Shown here one piece after another: positions 47,569 through 57,410 of a stretch of 64,000 bases of DNA. The DNA lies in assembly GCA_902768325.1 (NCBI GenBank), contig CACXKY010000002.1:1087-65086 (forward strand). Direction: 5' to 3'. The position numbers and the translations under genes are program-made. A model generated the notes under the pieces. It ran no database searches and was not told where the DNA came from. It was given only the letters and a program-made list of their open reading frames with translations. Numbering within the stretch: the stretch's first letter is position 1; the number at the start of each line of letters is the position of its first letter. Origin of the DNA: Fibrobacter succinogenes. Its GTDB lineage: Bacteria; Fibrobacterota; Fibrobacteria; Fibrobacterales; Fibrobacteraceae.

Positions 47569-48928
47569 ATGCGTATTACTTTCTTAAATCCGCCGTTCCA
47601 TCCGATGTTCAGTCGTGAGTCGCGCAGTCCGTGCGTGACCAAATCTTCTACACTTTATTGGCCCATGTTCCTGAGTTATGCCGCCGGCACTGTCGAAGCC
47701 GACGACAACGAGATACAGCTCATCGACAGCCCCGCCATGGAACTGAACCTCGCGCAGACACTCGACGGCATCAAGAAGTTTGACCCGGCACTGGTCGTCT
47801 GCAGTACGAGTACGCCGAGTATCTTGAACGACCTCAACGTCGTGCACGCCATCAAGCACGAACTGCCGCGCACGAAGGTCGCCATCATGGGCTACACCGC
47901 GAGGAACCTCGTACGCTACCTGCGCGGCGACATCAAAGATATTGCAAGCATCGCGGGCCTTGCCTTCCGCAAGGAAGACGGCACGACCGATTTCCAGCCC
48001 GAAGGCCCGAAGATCGAGAACCTCGACGAACTCCCGTGGGTGTCGAAGGTCTACCGCAAGCACCTCTACAGCTGCTACAAGAAGTATTTCTACGGCGCAA
48101 ACCTCAACCCGTTGATCGTGATTCTCTCGGGTCGTGGTTGCCCGAACCGCTGCAGCTACTGCGTGATTCCGCAGACGCTGAACGGTCACAAGTTCCGCCG
48201 CCGCACGCCGAAGGACGTGGTCGATGAACTGCAGTACATCAAGGAAAACTTCGAGGACCTCGGTGAAGTGTTCTTCGAAGACGATACGTTTACCGCAAGC
48301 CACGAGCACGTGCGCGAAATCTGCAACCTGATCTTGGAACGTGGTCTCAAGATTACGTGGAGCTGCAACGCCCGCGCCGATGTCCCGCTCGATTTGCTCA
48401 AGCTCATGAAAAAGGCCGGCGGCCGCGAAATGTGCGTAGGCTTTGAAAGCGCAAGCCCCGTGGTGCTCGAGAACATCCACAAGGGCGTGAAGAACACCGA
48501 CAAGGCCATCGAGTTCACGAAGAATGCCCGCAAGGCAGGACTCCTGGTACACGGCTGCTTTATGGTGGGTAACCCGGGCGACACGCCGGAAACGCTCCGC
48601 ATGACGCTTGACTACGCCAAGAAGTTGAACCCCAACACGGCGCAGTTCTACCCCATCATGGCGTACGCTCGACAAGGACGGCTTCCACCGCACCACCATC
48701 CAGCGTGGCGAGCTCACCAGCCAGGCACTTGTGGACTTCTGTGACAAGGCTCGTCGCGAATTCTACCTGCGCCCCAGCTACATCTTGCGTCAGGGAATCA
48801 TGGCCATCAAGAACCCGCGCGAACGCTACCGCGTATTCCGCGGTTTCGGCACTCTTGTGAAGCACCTGTTCCGCAAACACGGGCAGCTCGCTCCGGTAGC
48901 GCGCCAGGCTCCGACAATCAAGCCGTAA
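47569..48928 (+). pseudogene. B12-binding radical SAM protein (HpnJ-like), disrupted
   Basis: SGRGCPNRCSYC, FFEDDTF and VGFES motifs; frameshift at ~48667 with a plausible C-terminus continuing in another frame to 48928; apparent in-frame deletion at ~47892. Confidence 0.75.
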
Positions 48929-48958
48929 AAACACCGGCTTTACAAACAAAACGATTTC

Positions 48959-49002
48959 AAGAACCCTTCCTTGTATACAACGAGGAAGGGCTTCTTTTTT
49001 TT
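48959..49002 (+). terminator. Intrinsic terminator
   Basis: CCCTTCCTTGT...ACGAGGAAGGG stem followed by a T-run. Confidence 0.75.
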
Positions 49003-49080
49003 ACAGGGAAACTCATCAACATTGATTCTGCGTTTTTTCTATAATTAAGGTTGGGTTATTCATAAAGGAGTTCGCAAGCG

Positions 49081-51186
49081 ATGATCGCGACCCGTATTTT
49101 CAATAAAATTTCTTTCACTCTCGCCACGTTCGCCACGGCAAGCCTGTTCCTATGTTCCTGTAGCGATAGCCAGGCCGAAAAAGATTACGTCCTGGAACCT
49201 CTAGAGCCCGAAACTGCAGCCGATTCCACCGCAGATTCCACTGCGGACACGTCTTCTTTCTCCCTCGATTCCATCCATTCCATTAAGGGGTTCGTCAATC
49301 GCGGCCAGATGTACGTCGGAAACGAAATCGTCCTGAGCGAACTGGACAGCAACCTGAAAGAAACAGGCAACCTCTTTGTCGGAATCATTACCGATTCCTC
49401 GGGAGCCTACGAAATCAACAACGTCAAGTTGACCCAGCCCTATGTACACCTTGAAGCCAAGGGCAAATTCAATTCCGTTTGCTTCGAATCCGATTTCAAC
49501 CAGAACGCATTCAAGGGTTCCGTAGAAGCTTACGCAGACGTCCGCAAGGGAACCGCCATCGATCTGAACGTCCTGACGCACATGCAGGCAAAGCAACTCA
49601 CCTTCTACCGCGGCAAGGGAATATCGTTCGATTCCGCCATGGCCGCCTCGCAATCCGCAATCGCCGACCTGTTGATGCTCGACACCCTGGACGAAGTATT
49701 CAACCAGATGAATCTGGTGACAAAACAGAGCGGCAACAACTACCTCTTGGGCGCAACCGTTCTTGCCGAAGGATTCTTATACAACAAGGATTTCGATTCG
49801 GTACTCGTCAGCGGCATGCTGAACGATTCGACAATGGGAGTCTCTTGGAGCTTCGCCAACCTCATAAGCCATGACGAAGAATGCTTCAAGATGAAGGAAT
49901 ACTCCACAAAATACAAATACAAGGTCGGCACTACAAACGTCAAAAAATACCTCGACCGTATTTGGAAACAGAAACTCCAGCTCGGTGAATGTTCCTCCAA
50001 GAACTACAACGAAATCAAGAGCGTCGCCTACAATGCCAAGGTTGTTTATTACTGCGACTCCACTCGATGGAAGCAAGGGGATTGCTCCATATTCGACAAG
50101 ATTACACTGAATTCCTCTGTTGGCGATACAGTTGCAGGGCACTTGACCAAGGGGGCCTATTGCAGCGACAAATACTACTACTGGGAATCGTCCGAATGGC
50201 ACGTTGCCGACAACATCGAACGGGGCCTCAAGTTCGCCTGTGTTCAAGAAACGAAGGGGAGCTACGGCAAAAGCGGAGACAAATGCTACTACTGCAACGG
50301 AAAAGCCTGGGGTGATGCCGATACAACCGCCTGCAAAGAGAACTGGCTTATCAGCGATTCCACAAAATCGATGACCCCCGAAAAAAAGAAGGCCCTGCTG
50401 AAGAAAGAAGAGTCATTGCTCCCCTGTGACGAAAAAGAATCCTTCCGCAAGGGAATCATCGACAGCACTATTAACTTCTACTGCTATCACGGGCAAATGA
50501 CCTACGCAAACGACTTCGACCTGGCCATGGGCCACGGCTGCAACGAAGAAAACAAGGGCTATTTCAAGTACCAGAACTCCATGTACAATTGCAATGGCTA
50601 CATCTGGAAATACGCGACCGATTCCCTGATTATCGGCACCATTACAGACGCTCGCGACAGCGCCGTCTACAGGACCATCGGCATCGGCAATCAAGTCTGG
50701 ATAGCGCAGAACATGAACTATGCGATTGATTCCAGCTGGTGCCCCGAAGACAGCGCCAGATATTGCGAAAAGTACGGACGCTTTTACAAGTGGGACGAAA
50801 TCCTCGGAGCAAACGCAAAGAAAGATGTTTGCCCCAAAGGTTTCCATATTCCCACCAACAAGGAATGGGACGAACTTGTTGAGTTTGCCCAACCCTGGTT
50901 CGCAAAGAAAACCGCAATCGCCATCTTCGCTTCAAAAGATGCCTTGGAACATAGCGACGGAGCCGAACGTGGAGACGACCTTGTCGGTTTCTCGGCATTC
51001 ATGCTTGGAAGCAGGTCCCTCAAGGGTAGCTACACCGGCTGGCTCCGTACCGCCCTCTATTGCAGCCAGGACCATACGGATAGCACCTCGTACATCTATA
51101 CGCTCCGCCGCGATGACTCTATGAACTTCTCTGCGCGCGAGCAGGCGCAAAACTTGAGCTGCAACGTACGTTGCCTCAAGGACTAA
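49081..51186 (+). CDS. FISUMP (TIGR02145) domain lipoprotein with Cys-rich repeats
   Basis: Lipobox LCSC; TDARDSAVYRTIGIG.QVWIAQNMNY, YGRFYKW, CPKGFHIP and VRCLKD. Confidence 0.9.
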   Translation: MIATRIFNKISFTLATFATASLFLCSCSDSQAEKDYVLEPLEPETAADSTADSTADTSSFSLDSIHSIKGFVNRGQMYVGNEIVLSELDSNLKETGNLFVGIITDSSGAYEINNVKLTQPYVHLEAKGKFNSVCFESDFNQNAFKGSVEAYADVRKGTAIDLNVLTHMQAKQLTFYRGKGISFDSAMAASQSAIADLLMLDTLDEVFNQMNLVTKQSGNNYLLGATVLAEGFLYNKDFDSVLVSGMLNDSTMGVSWSFANLISHDEECFKMKEYSTKYKYKVGTTNVKKYLDRIWKQKLQLGECSSKNYNEIKSVAYNAKVVYYCDSTRWKQGDCSIFDKITLNSSVGDTVAGHLTKGAYCSDKYYYWESSEWHVADNIERGLKFACVQETKGSYGKSGDKCYYCNGKAWGDADTTACKENWLISDSTKSMTPEKKKALLKKEESLLPCDEKESFRKGIIDSTINFYCYHGQMTYANDFDLAMGHGCNEENKGYFKYQNSMYNCNGYIWKYATDSLIIGTITDARDSAVYRTIGIGNQVWIAQNMNYAIDSSWCPEDSARYCEKYGRFYKWDEILGANAKKDVCPKGFHIPTNKEWDELVEFAQPWFAKKTAIAIFASKDALEHSDGAERGDDLVGFSAFMLGSRSLKGSYTGWLRTALYCSQDHTDSTSYIYTLRRDDSMNFSAREQAQNLSCNVRCLKD

Positions 51187-51206
51187 ATCAAGGTTCTAAA
51201 CTAGAT

Positions 51207-51243
51207 AAAAGAAATCTCCGCTAAAGGCGGAGATTTCTTTTTT
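51207..51243. terminator. Bidirectional intrinsic terminator
   Basis: AAAAGAAATCTCCGC-TAAAG-GCGGAGATTTCTTTT between convergent genes. Confidence 0.85.
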
Positions 51244-51263
51244 AGTCTTTTAATTGTCTTGAA

Positions 51264-52475
51264 TTACTTCGCAGCCTTCGGAGCCTTTGCGAAAGCTGCA
51301 GCGAGCTTTTCGAGGGCTTCGTCCACTTCCGCAGCACTCACGTTCAGCGGCGGGAGGAGTCTCAGCACGTTGCCCTTGGCGCTCAAGACCATCAGCTTTT
51401 CGTCGCGGGCGGCGGCGATGATGTTGTTCACCGGCATTTCTTCGGCCAAGGCGACACCGAGAATCAAGCCTTCACCGCGGATTTCCTTGGCGAAGTCATA
51501 CTTCTCGACGAGAGCCTTGAGGCCCGCCTTGATCTGGGCGGAACGTTCGGCGACATTCTTCAACAGTCCCGGAATCTGCTTTACCACAGCGAGACCTGCA
51601 GCGCATGCAATCGGGTTACCGCCAAAAGTCGTACCGTGGTCGCCAGCCTTGAGCTGGTCGGCCACCTTCTGGCGCAGCAGAACCGCACCGAGCGGGAGAC
51701 CGCCACCGATGCCCTTCGCAAGCGACACGAGGTCCGGATTCAGGCCATACTTTTCGAAACCGAGGAAGGTTCCCAAACGGCCCACGCCTGCCTGCACTTC
51801 GTCGACGATGACGAGGCAGCCGAATTCTTTCTGCAAGCTGTTGATGGTTTCGACCATCTCGGCAGAGAGCGTCATCACGCCACCTTCGGCAGCGAGGCTT
51901 TCGAGCATGATCGCGCAAGTGTCCTTGTTGACTTCCTTCTTGAGCGCTTCGCAGTCGTTCCAAGTCACATGAACGAAGTCACCCGGCATGGAGCCGAAGC
52001 CTTCGCGGATAGCCGGCTGGCCCGTTGCAGAAAGCGCGGCGTACGTTCTTCCGTGGAAGCTGTTCACGAAGGTGATGATCTTCTGCCTGTTGGCTTCGCC
52101 CTTCCGGTTGAAATACTTACGTGCAAACTTGATGCAGCCTTCGTTCGCTTCGGTACCCGAGTTGCAGAAGAACACCTTGTCGAACTTGGTGACTTCGAGC
52201 AAGAACTTGCCGAGATTGATTTGCGGGTAGTTCGGGTAGAGGTTGCTCACGTGGTTGAAGTGGTTCATCTGATCCACCACCGCATCCTTGATGGCCTGGT
52301 TCTGGTGGCCAAGCGCATTCACGGCGATACCCGCCACGAAGTCCAGGTACTTGTTGCCCTGGTCGTCAAAGAGGTAAGAGCCTTCGCCCTTCACGAAGTT
52401 GATGTCCGCCTTGCCATAGAGCGGAGCGATAATCTGTTTGTCCTGTTCCAAGAGGTTAGCGCAAGATTGTGCCAT
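51264..52475 (-). CDS. argD: Acetylornithine aminotransferase
   Basis: YLDFVAGIAVNALGH, NSGTEANE, SFHGRT, DEVQAG, AKGIGGG and HGTTFGGNP motifs; adjacent to argB. Confidence 0.93.
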   Translation of the reverse strand: MAQSCANLLEQDKQIIAPLYGKADINFVKGEGSYLFDDQGNKYLDFVAGIAVNALGHQNQAIKDAVVDQMNHFNHVSNLYPNYPQINLGKFLLEVTKFDKVFFCNSGTEANEGCIKFARKYFNRKGEANRQKIITFVNSFHGRTYAALSATGQPAIREGFGSMPGDFVHVTWNDCEALKKEVNKDTCAIMLESLAAEGGVMTLSAEMVETINSLQKEFGCLVIVDEVQAGVGRLGTFLGFEKYGLNPDLVSLAKGIGGGLPLGAVLLRQKVADQLKAGDHGTTFGGNPIACAAGLAVVKQIPGLLKNVAERSAQIKAGLKALVEKYDFAKEIRGEGLILGVALAEEMPVNNIIAAARDEKLMVLSAKGNVLRLLPPLNVSAAEVDEALEKLAAAFAKAPKAAK

Positions 52476-53232
52476 AGTTTAAATCTCCATTAATTTGTTT
52501 ACCAAAGTGTTCCGCGTCCTTCCAACCCACGATGTGGATGCTCTTGAGTCCTCGTCGGATCGACTTGAAACTCTCGCGGACTTTGGGAATCATACCGCCG
52601 GAGATGACGCCAGCTTCGATCAGCTTTTCGGCGTCCGCCTCGCTCAGTTCGGGAATCACATTCTTGTTTTCGTCCATCACGCCCGGCACGTCGCTCACCA
52701 GCACGAACTGGTCGGCCTCGAGTGCCACAGCCAGTTCAGAAGCGGCGGTGTCGGCATTCACGTTCCAGCTCATGCCATCCCCAATCGAGATGGGGCTTAC
52801 CACCGGAGTCCAGCCGGCGTTGAACAAATCTTCGATAATCTTCGGGTTCACCTGCTTGATTTCGCCCACCAGGCCAAGGTCCACCTTGCCCTGCTTCTTT
52901 TCGACCTTGAACAGGTTGCCGTCCACGCCGGAAATGCCGATGGCGTTGCAGCCATTGGTGAGCAGCATGCGAACAAGCTTCTTGTTCACATGGCCAGAGA
53001 GGGTCATCTCCACCATCTTCATGATACCGGGCGTCGTCACGCGCAGCCCGTCGATAAACGTCGGTTGTTCCTTGAGCAAGGCGATATTCTCGTTAATGTC
53101 CTTGCCACCACCGTGAACCACGGCCACCTGACAGCCGTTGCCCGGAAGGGTAGAGACTGCCGACACAAAATCAGCGAGTTTGGCTTCGTCGATAGCCAAG
53201 CTGCCACCAATTTTTACAACCACTTTTTTCAT
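52456..53232 (-). CDS. argB: Acetylglutamate kinase
   Basis: VVKIGGS, VHGGG, FIDGLRVT, NVNAD and GGMIPK motifs. Confidence 0.95.
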   Translation of the reverse strand: MKKVVVKIGGSLAIDEAKLADFVSAVSTLPGNGCQVAVVHGGGKDINENIALLKEQPTFIDGLRVTTPGIMKMVEMTLSGHVNKKLVRMLLTNGCNAIGISGVDGNLFKVEKKQGKVDLGLVGEIKQVNPKIIEDLFNAGWTPVVSPISIGDGMSWNVNADTAASELAVALEADQFVLVSDVPGVMDENKNVIPELSEADAEKLIEAGVISGGMIPKVRESFKSIRRGLKSIHIVGWKDAEHFGKQINGDLNYGTILR

Positions 53233-53369
53233 CGCTCGGTGATTTCCTCTCGAGTTTTGTCTAAAAAGACAGGTGAAAATTATGGCAACAAATGTAGAAA
53301 AACTCAACGCGGCGGCAATGTTTTTATTATATTATACCCATAACATCAACCAATTAAATGAGGTATTTT

Positions 53370-53567
53370 ATGGCTATCACGAAAGTTTGGCTCGACGAAT
53401 CCAGCGATGAATGCGTCTCCTGCGGCGCTTGCGAAGCTACTTGCGACGCAGTGTTCAGCGTTCCGGAAAAGATGCAGGTGAAGGAAGGCGTCGATTTCTC
53501 CGCTTACGAAAGCGAAATCAAGGACGCTGCTGATTCCTGCCCGGCCGGCGTGATCAAGTACGAGTAG
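53370..53567 (+). CDS. Single-cluster 4Fe-4S ferredoxin
   Basis: CVSCGAC...C plus distal CP; GAGG SD. Confidence 0.9.
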   Translation: MAITKVWLDESSDECVSCGACEATCDAVFSVPEKMQVKEGVDFSAYESEIKDAADSCPAGVIKYE

Positions 53568-53599
53568 TCCGTAGTTTCCACTCTTACTGAAAAAATTTA

Positions 53600-53630
53600 A
53601 GCCTTGTCTTCGGACAAGGCTCTTTTTTTT
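53600..53630 (+). terminator. Intrinsic terminator
   Basis: AGCCTTGTC-TTCG-GACAAGGCT stem followed by a T-run. Confidence 0.85.
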
Positions 53631-53657
53631 AATTTCCTGGATGCGGACTCATTCGTG

Positions 53658-55145
53658 TCACTTCGCGAACTTCTCGTATTCCGCCTTGATCCATTCGTCA
53701 CTGCGGGCGAACATATCGATGGTCACTTCGTCAATAGCCCCGTTCCAGGTATCGTAAGAGAGTTCCGTCCCGCCAATGCGGAAGGGCACCGGTTCAGCCA
53801 CTTCCTTCGGAACGAAGACAACGCCCATCGGGTTGCTGGCGAGCTCGCCATTCACGTAGAAGAACAGCTTCCCATCCTTATACTTGAGCGTCAGGAACGT
53901 CCACGTATTCGTCGTGAGTCCACCAAGCCATACATGTCCCGTCGCCATATCCAAGCCATTGCTCACCACGGTAAGCGCCTTCAACGTGGGATCATATTGC
54001 ATCTGGAACCTGGACGTCGAATCACTCCAGTAGGAGCGCTGCGCAAAGAGCACCTGGTAAGGCGAGAACGATGTCGGATACGTAACGCCCTGATAGCCAC
54101 CTTCAACCGGATTCGTCCCAGCCTGGTAGCCCTGGAATCCACCCATCGGGTATGTACTCGCCTGGTAGCCCTCGGTCTGGTAAGAGTATTCAGTAAGACC
54201 ATTCCAGTTCGTCCATATCGAAATCGTAAAGTCTCCCGCACACGGATCGATGGTGCCCAAGTCAATGTATTGGCCTGCAGCAAGCACGATGCCCTTACCC
54301 GAGATGCCTTCTACGTAATTCACGCTATCAGCCACCGTATTGTCGTTATTACGAACCACGGCATCACCGTCCAAATGGAGGCGAATCGAATTCGTATCCG
54401 CCGGTTCGACATCGGTCGTATCTTCCGGCTCCTTCGGTTCTTCCGGAAGCTTGATACCCGTGGGTACAAACACGTTGATACCGCCAAACGCAGCGCCGGT
54501 ATAATAACGCGGATCCGAAATGGTAAGCCAGTTCATGTTGGCGTTCCACATTCCCAGAGCGGGGATGTCGAGCTTGCGTTCCGAACCCGTGGTCGTAAAG
54601 TCCAGACGGGCCGTCGGCGTTTCGTCTTCGACATAGACGAGCGAAATATCGCCAGGAGGCAGTTCGCGGAATTCAAAGGATCCGTCTTCGTGCAACAGAG
54701 CCTTGGCATTGTTACCCACGACGCGCATAAAGCCGTCGGACTTGCCTTCGACGCTACTGGTCAAATTCTTGCGGTTGCCAATCGATATCTTCTGCTTGCT
54801 CTGCAGGGCATCGAACTTGGCGTAACCACATTCAGAGCCGTGCGAAGCGTACAGGACAAACGAGACACCGCTGTCCACCTGGATTTCAAACTTGCCGTTT
54901 TCGTCCGTAGTCGTCACGACGGAATCGAGAATAGAAGCCTGGTTCCAGCTGTCGTAATAGGCGACCACGCGTGCCGAGGCGACAACAGAGCCTTCCGCGT
55001 CTACCACAGAACCAGAATAGGCAAGCGAGTTGCCGATATCGGTCACACCGCCCGCGACTTCTTCTGTCGGGGACGAATCGCTACAACCGAGAATGCCGGC
55101 GGAAATGAGGGCCGAAGCACAAACTGTCATTTTCCAAAAGTTCAT
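53658..55145 (-). CDS. Lipoprotein with C-terminal LamG/ConA-like domain
   Basis: Lipobox ILGC; AGGVTDIGNS; TTTDENGKF; FTISIW...WTFLT...FYVNG...IGG...GAIDEV. Confidence 0.85.
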   Translation of the reverse strand: MNFWKMTVCASALISAGILGCSDSSPTEEVAGGVTDIGNSLAYSGSVVDAEGSVVASARVVAYYDSWNQASILDSVVTTTDENGKFEIQVDSGVSFVLYASHGSECGYAKFDALQSKQKISIGNRKNLTSSVEGKSDGFMRVVGNNAKALLHEDGSFEFRELPPGDISLVYVEDETPTARLDFTTTGSERKLDIPALGMWNANMNWLTISDPRYYTGAAFGGINVFVPTGIKLPEEPKEPEDTTDVEPADTNSIRLHLDGDAVVRNNDNTVADSVNYVEGISGKGIVLAAGQYIDLGTIDPCAGDFTISIWTNWNGLTEYSYQTEGYQASTYPMGGFQGYQAGTNPVEGGYQGVTYPTSFSPYQVLFAQRSYWSDSTSRFQMQYDPTLKALTVVSNGLDMATGHVWLGGLTTNTWTFLTLKYKDGKLFFYVNGELASNPMGVVFVPKEVAEPVPFRIGGTELSYDTWNGAIDEVTIDMFARSDEWIKAEYEKFAK

Positions 55146-55990
55146 TTTTCAGCCTCCTTCTCCATTTTCTTGCTCATGGGGAAAGCAACAAGCATCATCT
55201 CGTACACACGTTCAACATCAAGATCGTTAGCAGCGCGGGCAATAATCTTCTTGCGGGCTTCTTCCAAAACCTCTACCGCGTAGTCGTAGGACTTCTCGCT
55301 CATGGCAAGCGTCGTAAACGCGGCGAAACGTTCGTTCTTCGGTTTAGATTCCACGGCACCGATGGCGTGCTGCATGTATTCGCGGCGAATCTGGCGCAAG
55401 GCAATCGGCGCCACGCCGGATGCATCCACCATCTGGGAGGTCGCCTCGTAGCGGCCATCGTCCAACTTGTGGAGGAGTCCCCAGGCTTCGAGGTTCTTCA
55501 CCGCTTCGCGGGCTTCATCCGTCGTAATCTGGGGGTCAATAATACGGGCAAGGACGGTGAAATCACCGTTCCAGTTGCTGTTCACCGCAGCTTCGCGGAC
55601 TACCGGATAATACCACTTGGCGAAATAATCCTGTTCCTTGCTGGTGAGGTGCGTAAACTCTATCTGTTTGCGGATATGGACAATCTGTTCCCAGGCGTTT
55701 TCGCGTTCATCGACCTGGTGCGCCTGGTTATACTGGACCAGGGCTTCGAAGTAGGCCTTCTGCAGCGGTTCGAAATCCATCGCCTTCGCAATCTTCTCGA
55801 TTGACTTTGGCGTGAGGTTGAAACGACCGCGAATTACGTTAAGGCAATAGGACGAACTGCTGAATCCCGCTTTCGCCGCGAAGAATCGGTGCGAAAAGAC
55901 GGCCCGCATCTTCTTCTGTTCCTCGAAATAATCCTGCAGGAACTTGCGGAAGTCGTCGTAATCAAACAGATGTTCTAGCGCAATACACAT
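55142..55990 (-). CDS. TIGR02147 family protein (HTH plus DUF4423-like)
   Basis: FDYDDFRKFLQDYF, FSHRFFAAKAGFSSSS, WYYPVVRE and C-terminal VYEM...FP, typical of this Fibrobacter-expanded family. Confidence 0.88.
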   Translation of the reverse strand: MCIALEHLFDYDDFRKFLQDYFEEQKKMRAVFSHRFFAAKAGFSSSSYCLNVIRGRFNLTPKSIEKIAKAMDFEPLQKAYFEALVQYNQAHQVDERENAWEQIVHIRKQIEFTHLTSKEQDYFAKWYYPVVREAAVNSNWNGDFTVLARIIDPQITTDEAREAVKNLEAWGLLHKLDDGRYEATSQMVDASGVAPIALRQIRREYMQHAIGAVESKPKNERFAAFTTLAMSEKSYDYAVEVLEEARKKIIARAANDLDVERVYEMMLVAFPMSKKMEKEAEK

Positions 55991-56271
55991 GACCCTAAAA
56001 TAAATAATTTTTACACAGCACGCAATAGGCGTCCCCATTTTTTTACACGGGTTAGCCAAATAATATGGATTTTTGGCCATTTGCGTAAAAATAATCACAT
56101 CCCGAGAACTGGGAAAAGTCTCAAAAATTATTACACGTCCACATTTTTCCCGTTTTTTGAGAAAAAAACGCATTTCCGTTATTTACCCCTAAACCCGGGC
56201 CGACCCTAGCAAACCGTCCGTTCTATTTATTATTATTTCAGTGGGTTGTTTAAAATTTGGAGAATCAATCA

Positions 56272-57342
56272 ATGCGTAAAATCATTGTGTTTCTTGCCGT
56301 ATGCTTTGCGACAAGTTTCGCGCAGGACCCTAACCTGCATATCTACCTCGCCTACGGGCAATCCAACATGTCCGGGCAAGCCACCGTCACCGACAAAGAC
56401 CGCGTACAAGATCCCCGTTTCTTGGTATTGCGGGCAGCCAACCATTCCAACCAGAAGGTAGGAGAATTCTACCCGGCGGCCCCCCCGATGGGACACAGCC
56501 AGTCCAAGGTCGGCATTGTTGACATTTTCGGGCGGACGATGGTCGAGAAGCTCCCGGACAGCATCAAGATAGCGGTGGCAAACATCGCCATCGGCGGGCA
56601 GAGCATCGACCTGTTCGACAAGGACCGTAACAAGACCTACGTGCAGAACGCGAAGAACAAGGGCGACACGTGGTGGATCCAGTACCTGGACGAATACGGC
56701 GGCGACCTCTACAAGCGGATTGTCGAGATGGGCAAGATTGCAAAGCAGAAGGGTGTCATCAAGGGATTCCTCTTCCACCAGGGCGAAGCGGACTACCAGA
56801 TGAACGATTGGCCCAAGCGCGTGAAGAAGGTGTACGACGACCTGATTGCCGAACTGGAGCTCGACCCCGAGCAGACGCCGATTCTGATTGGCGAGTTGGC
56901 ACCTACGGGCGACCTCGGCTGGCGTAACGACGCCGTGAAGGAAGCGGCCGATTTGATTCCGAACGGGCACTTGATTTCGGCGCAGGGCTGCCCCGCCCTA
57001 AAGGAAGCGAGCTACACGCTGCACTTTACGCGCGAAGGCTACGAGACGTTCGGAAGGCGCTATGCCGAAACGATGCTCGAGATTCTCAAGACGCAGGAAC
57101 CGCCTCCGGACACGACCACGCCTGTAGACACGACCGTCACCGACACCTCCGTTACGGACACGACCGTTCAAGATACGTCGGCACGAGATACGTCGCTTGC
57201 CATCGGGAAGTTGCCGAGCGCGGGCGTTGCAGGAAGTTCCGCCCCGAAGCTGTATTTTGACGCGAAGGAACAGGCGCTGTTCATCCGCACCGAGAAGAAC
57301 GGAATCGTGCGGCGCTACCGCGTGACCGGCAAGCGACAGTAA
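56272..57342 (+). CDS. CE6/SASA family acetylxylan esterase
   Basis: Signal peptide; YLAYGQSNMSG, FHQGE and LHF; Thr/Asp-rich linker; short basic C-terminal domain. Confidence 0.85.
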   Translation: MRKIIVFLAVCFATSFAQDPNLHIYLAYGQSNMSGQATVTDKDRVQDPRFLVLRAANHSNQKVGEFYPAAPPMGHSQSKVGIVDIFGRTMVEKLPDSIKIAVANIAIGGQSIDLFDKDRNKTYVQNAKNKGDTWWIQYLDEYGGDLYKRIVEMGKIAKQKGVIKGFLFHQGEADYQMNDWPKRVKKVYDDLIAELELDPEQTPILIGELAPTGDLGWRNDAVKEAADLIPNGHLISAQGCPALKEASYTLHFTREGYETFGRRYAETMLEILKTQEPPPDTTTPVDTTVTDTSVTDTTVQDTSARDTSLAIGKLPSAGVAGSSAPKLYFDAKEQALFIRTEKNGIVRRYRVTGKRQ

Positions 57343-57350
57343 CAAGGATT

Positions 57351-57398
57351 AGAAATGAAAGACGCGAGTGCTTGGCGCCCGCGTTTTTCATTTCTTTT
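57351..57398 (+). terminator. Intrinsic terminator
   Basis: AGAAATGAAAGACGCG...CGCGTTTTTCATTTCT long stem. Confidence 0.7.
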
Positions 57399-57410
57399 AG
57401 CGGTAATCCC

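Noticed and set aside
48655-48680. Programmed ribosomal frameshift in the radical SAM gene
   Set aside because: No slippery sequence, and the conserved PGT segment is absent in all frames, which fits a deletion.
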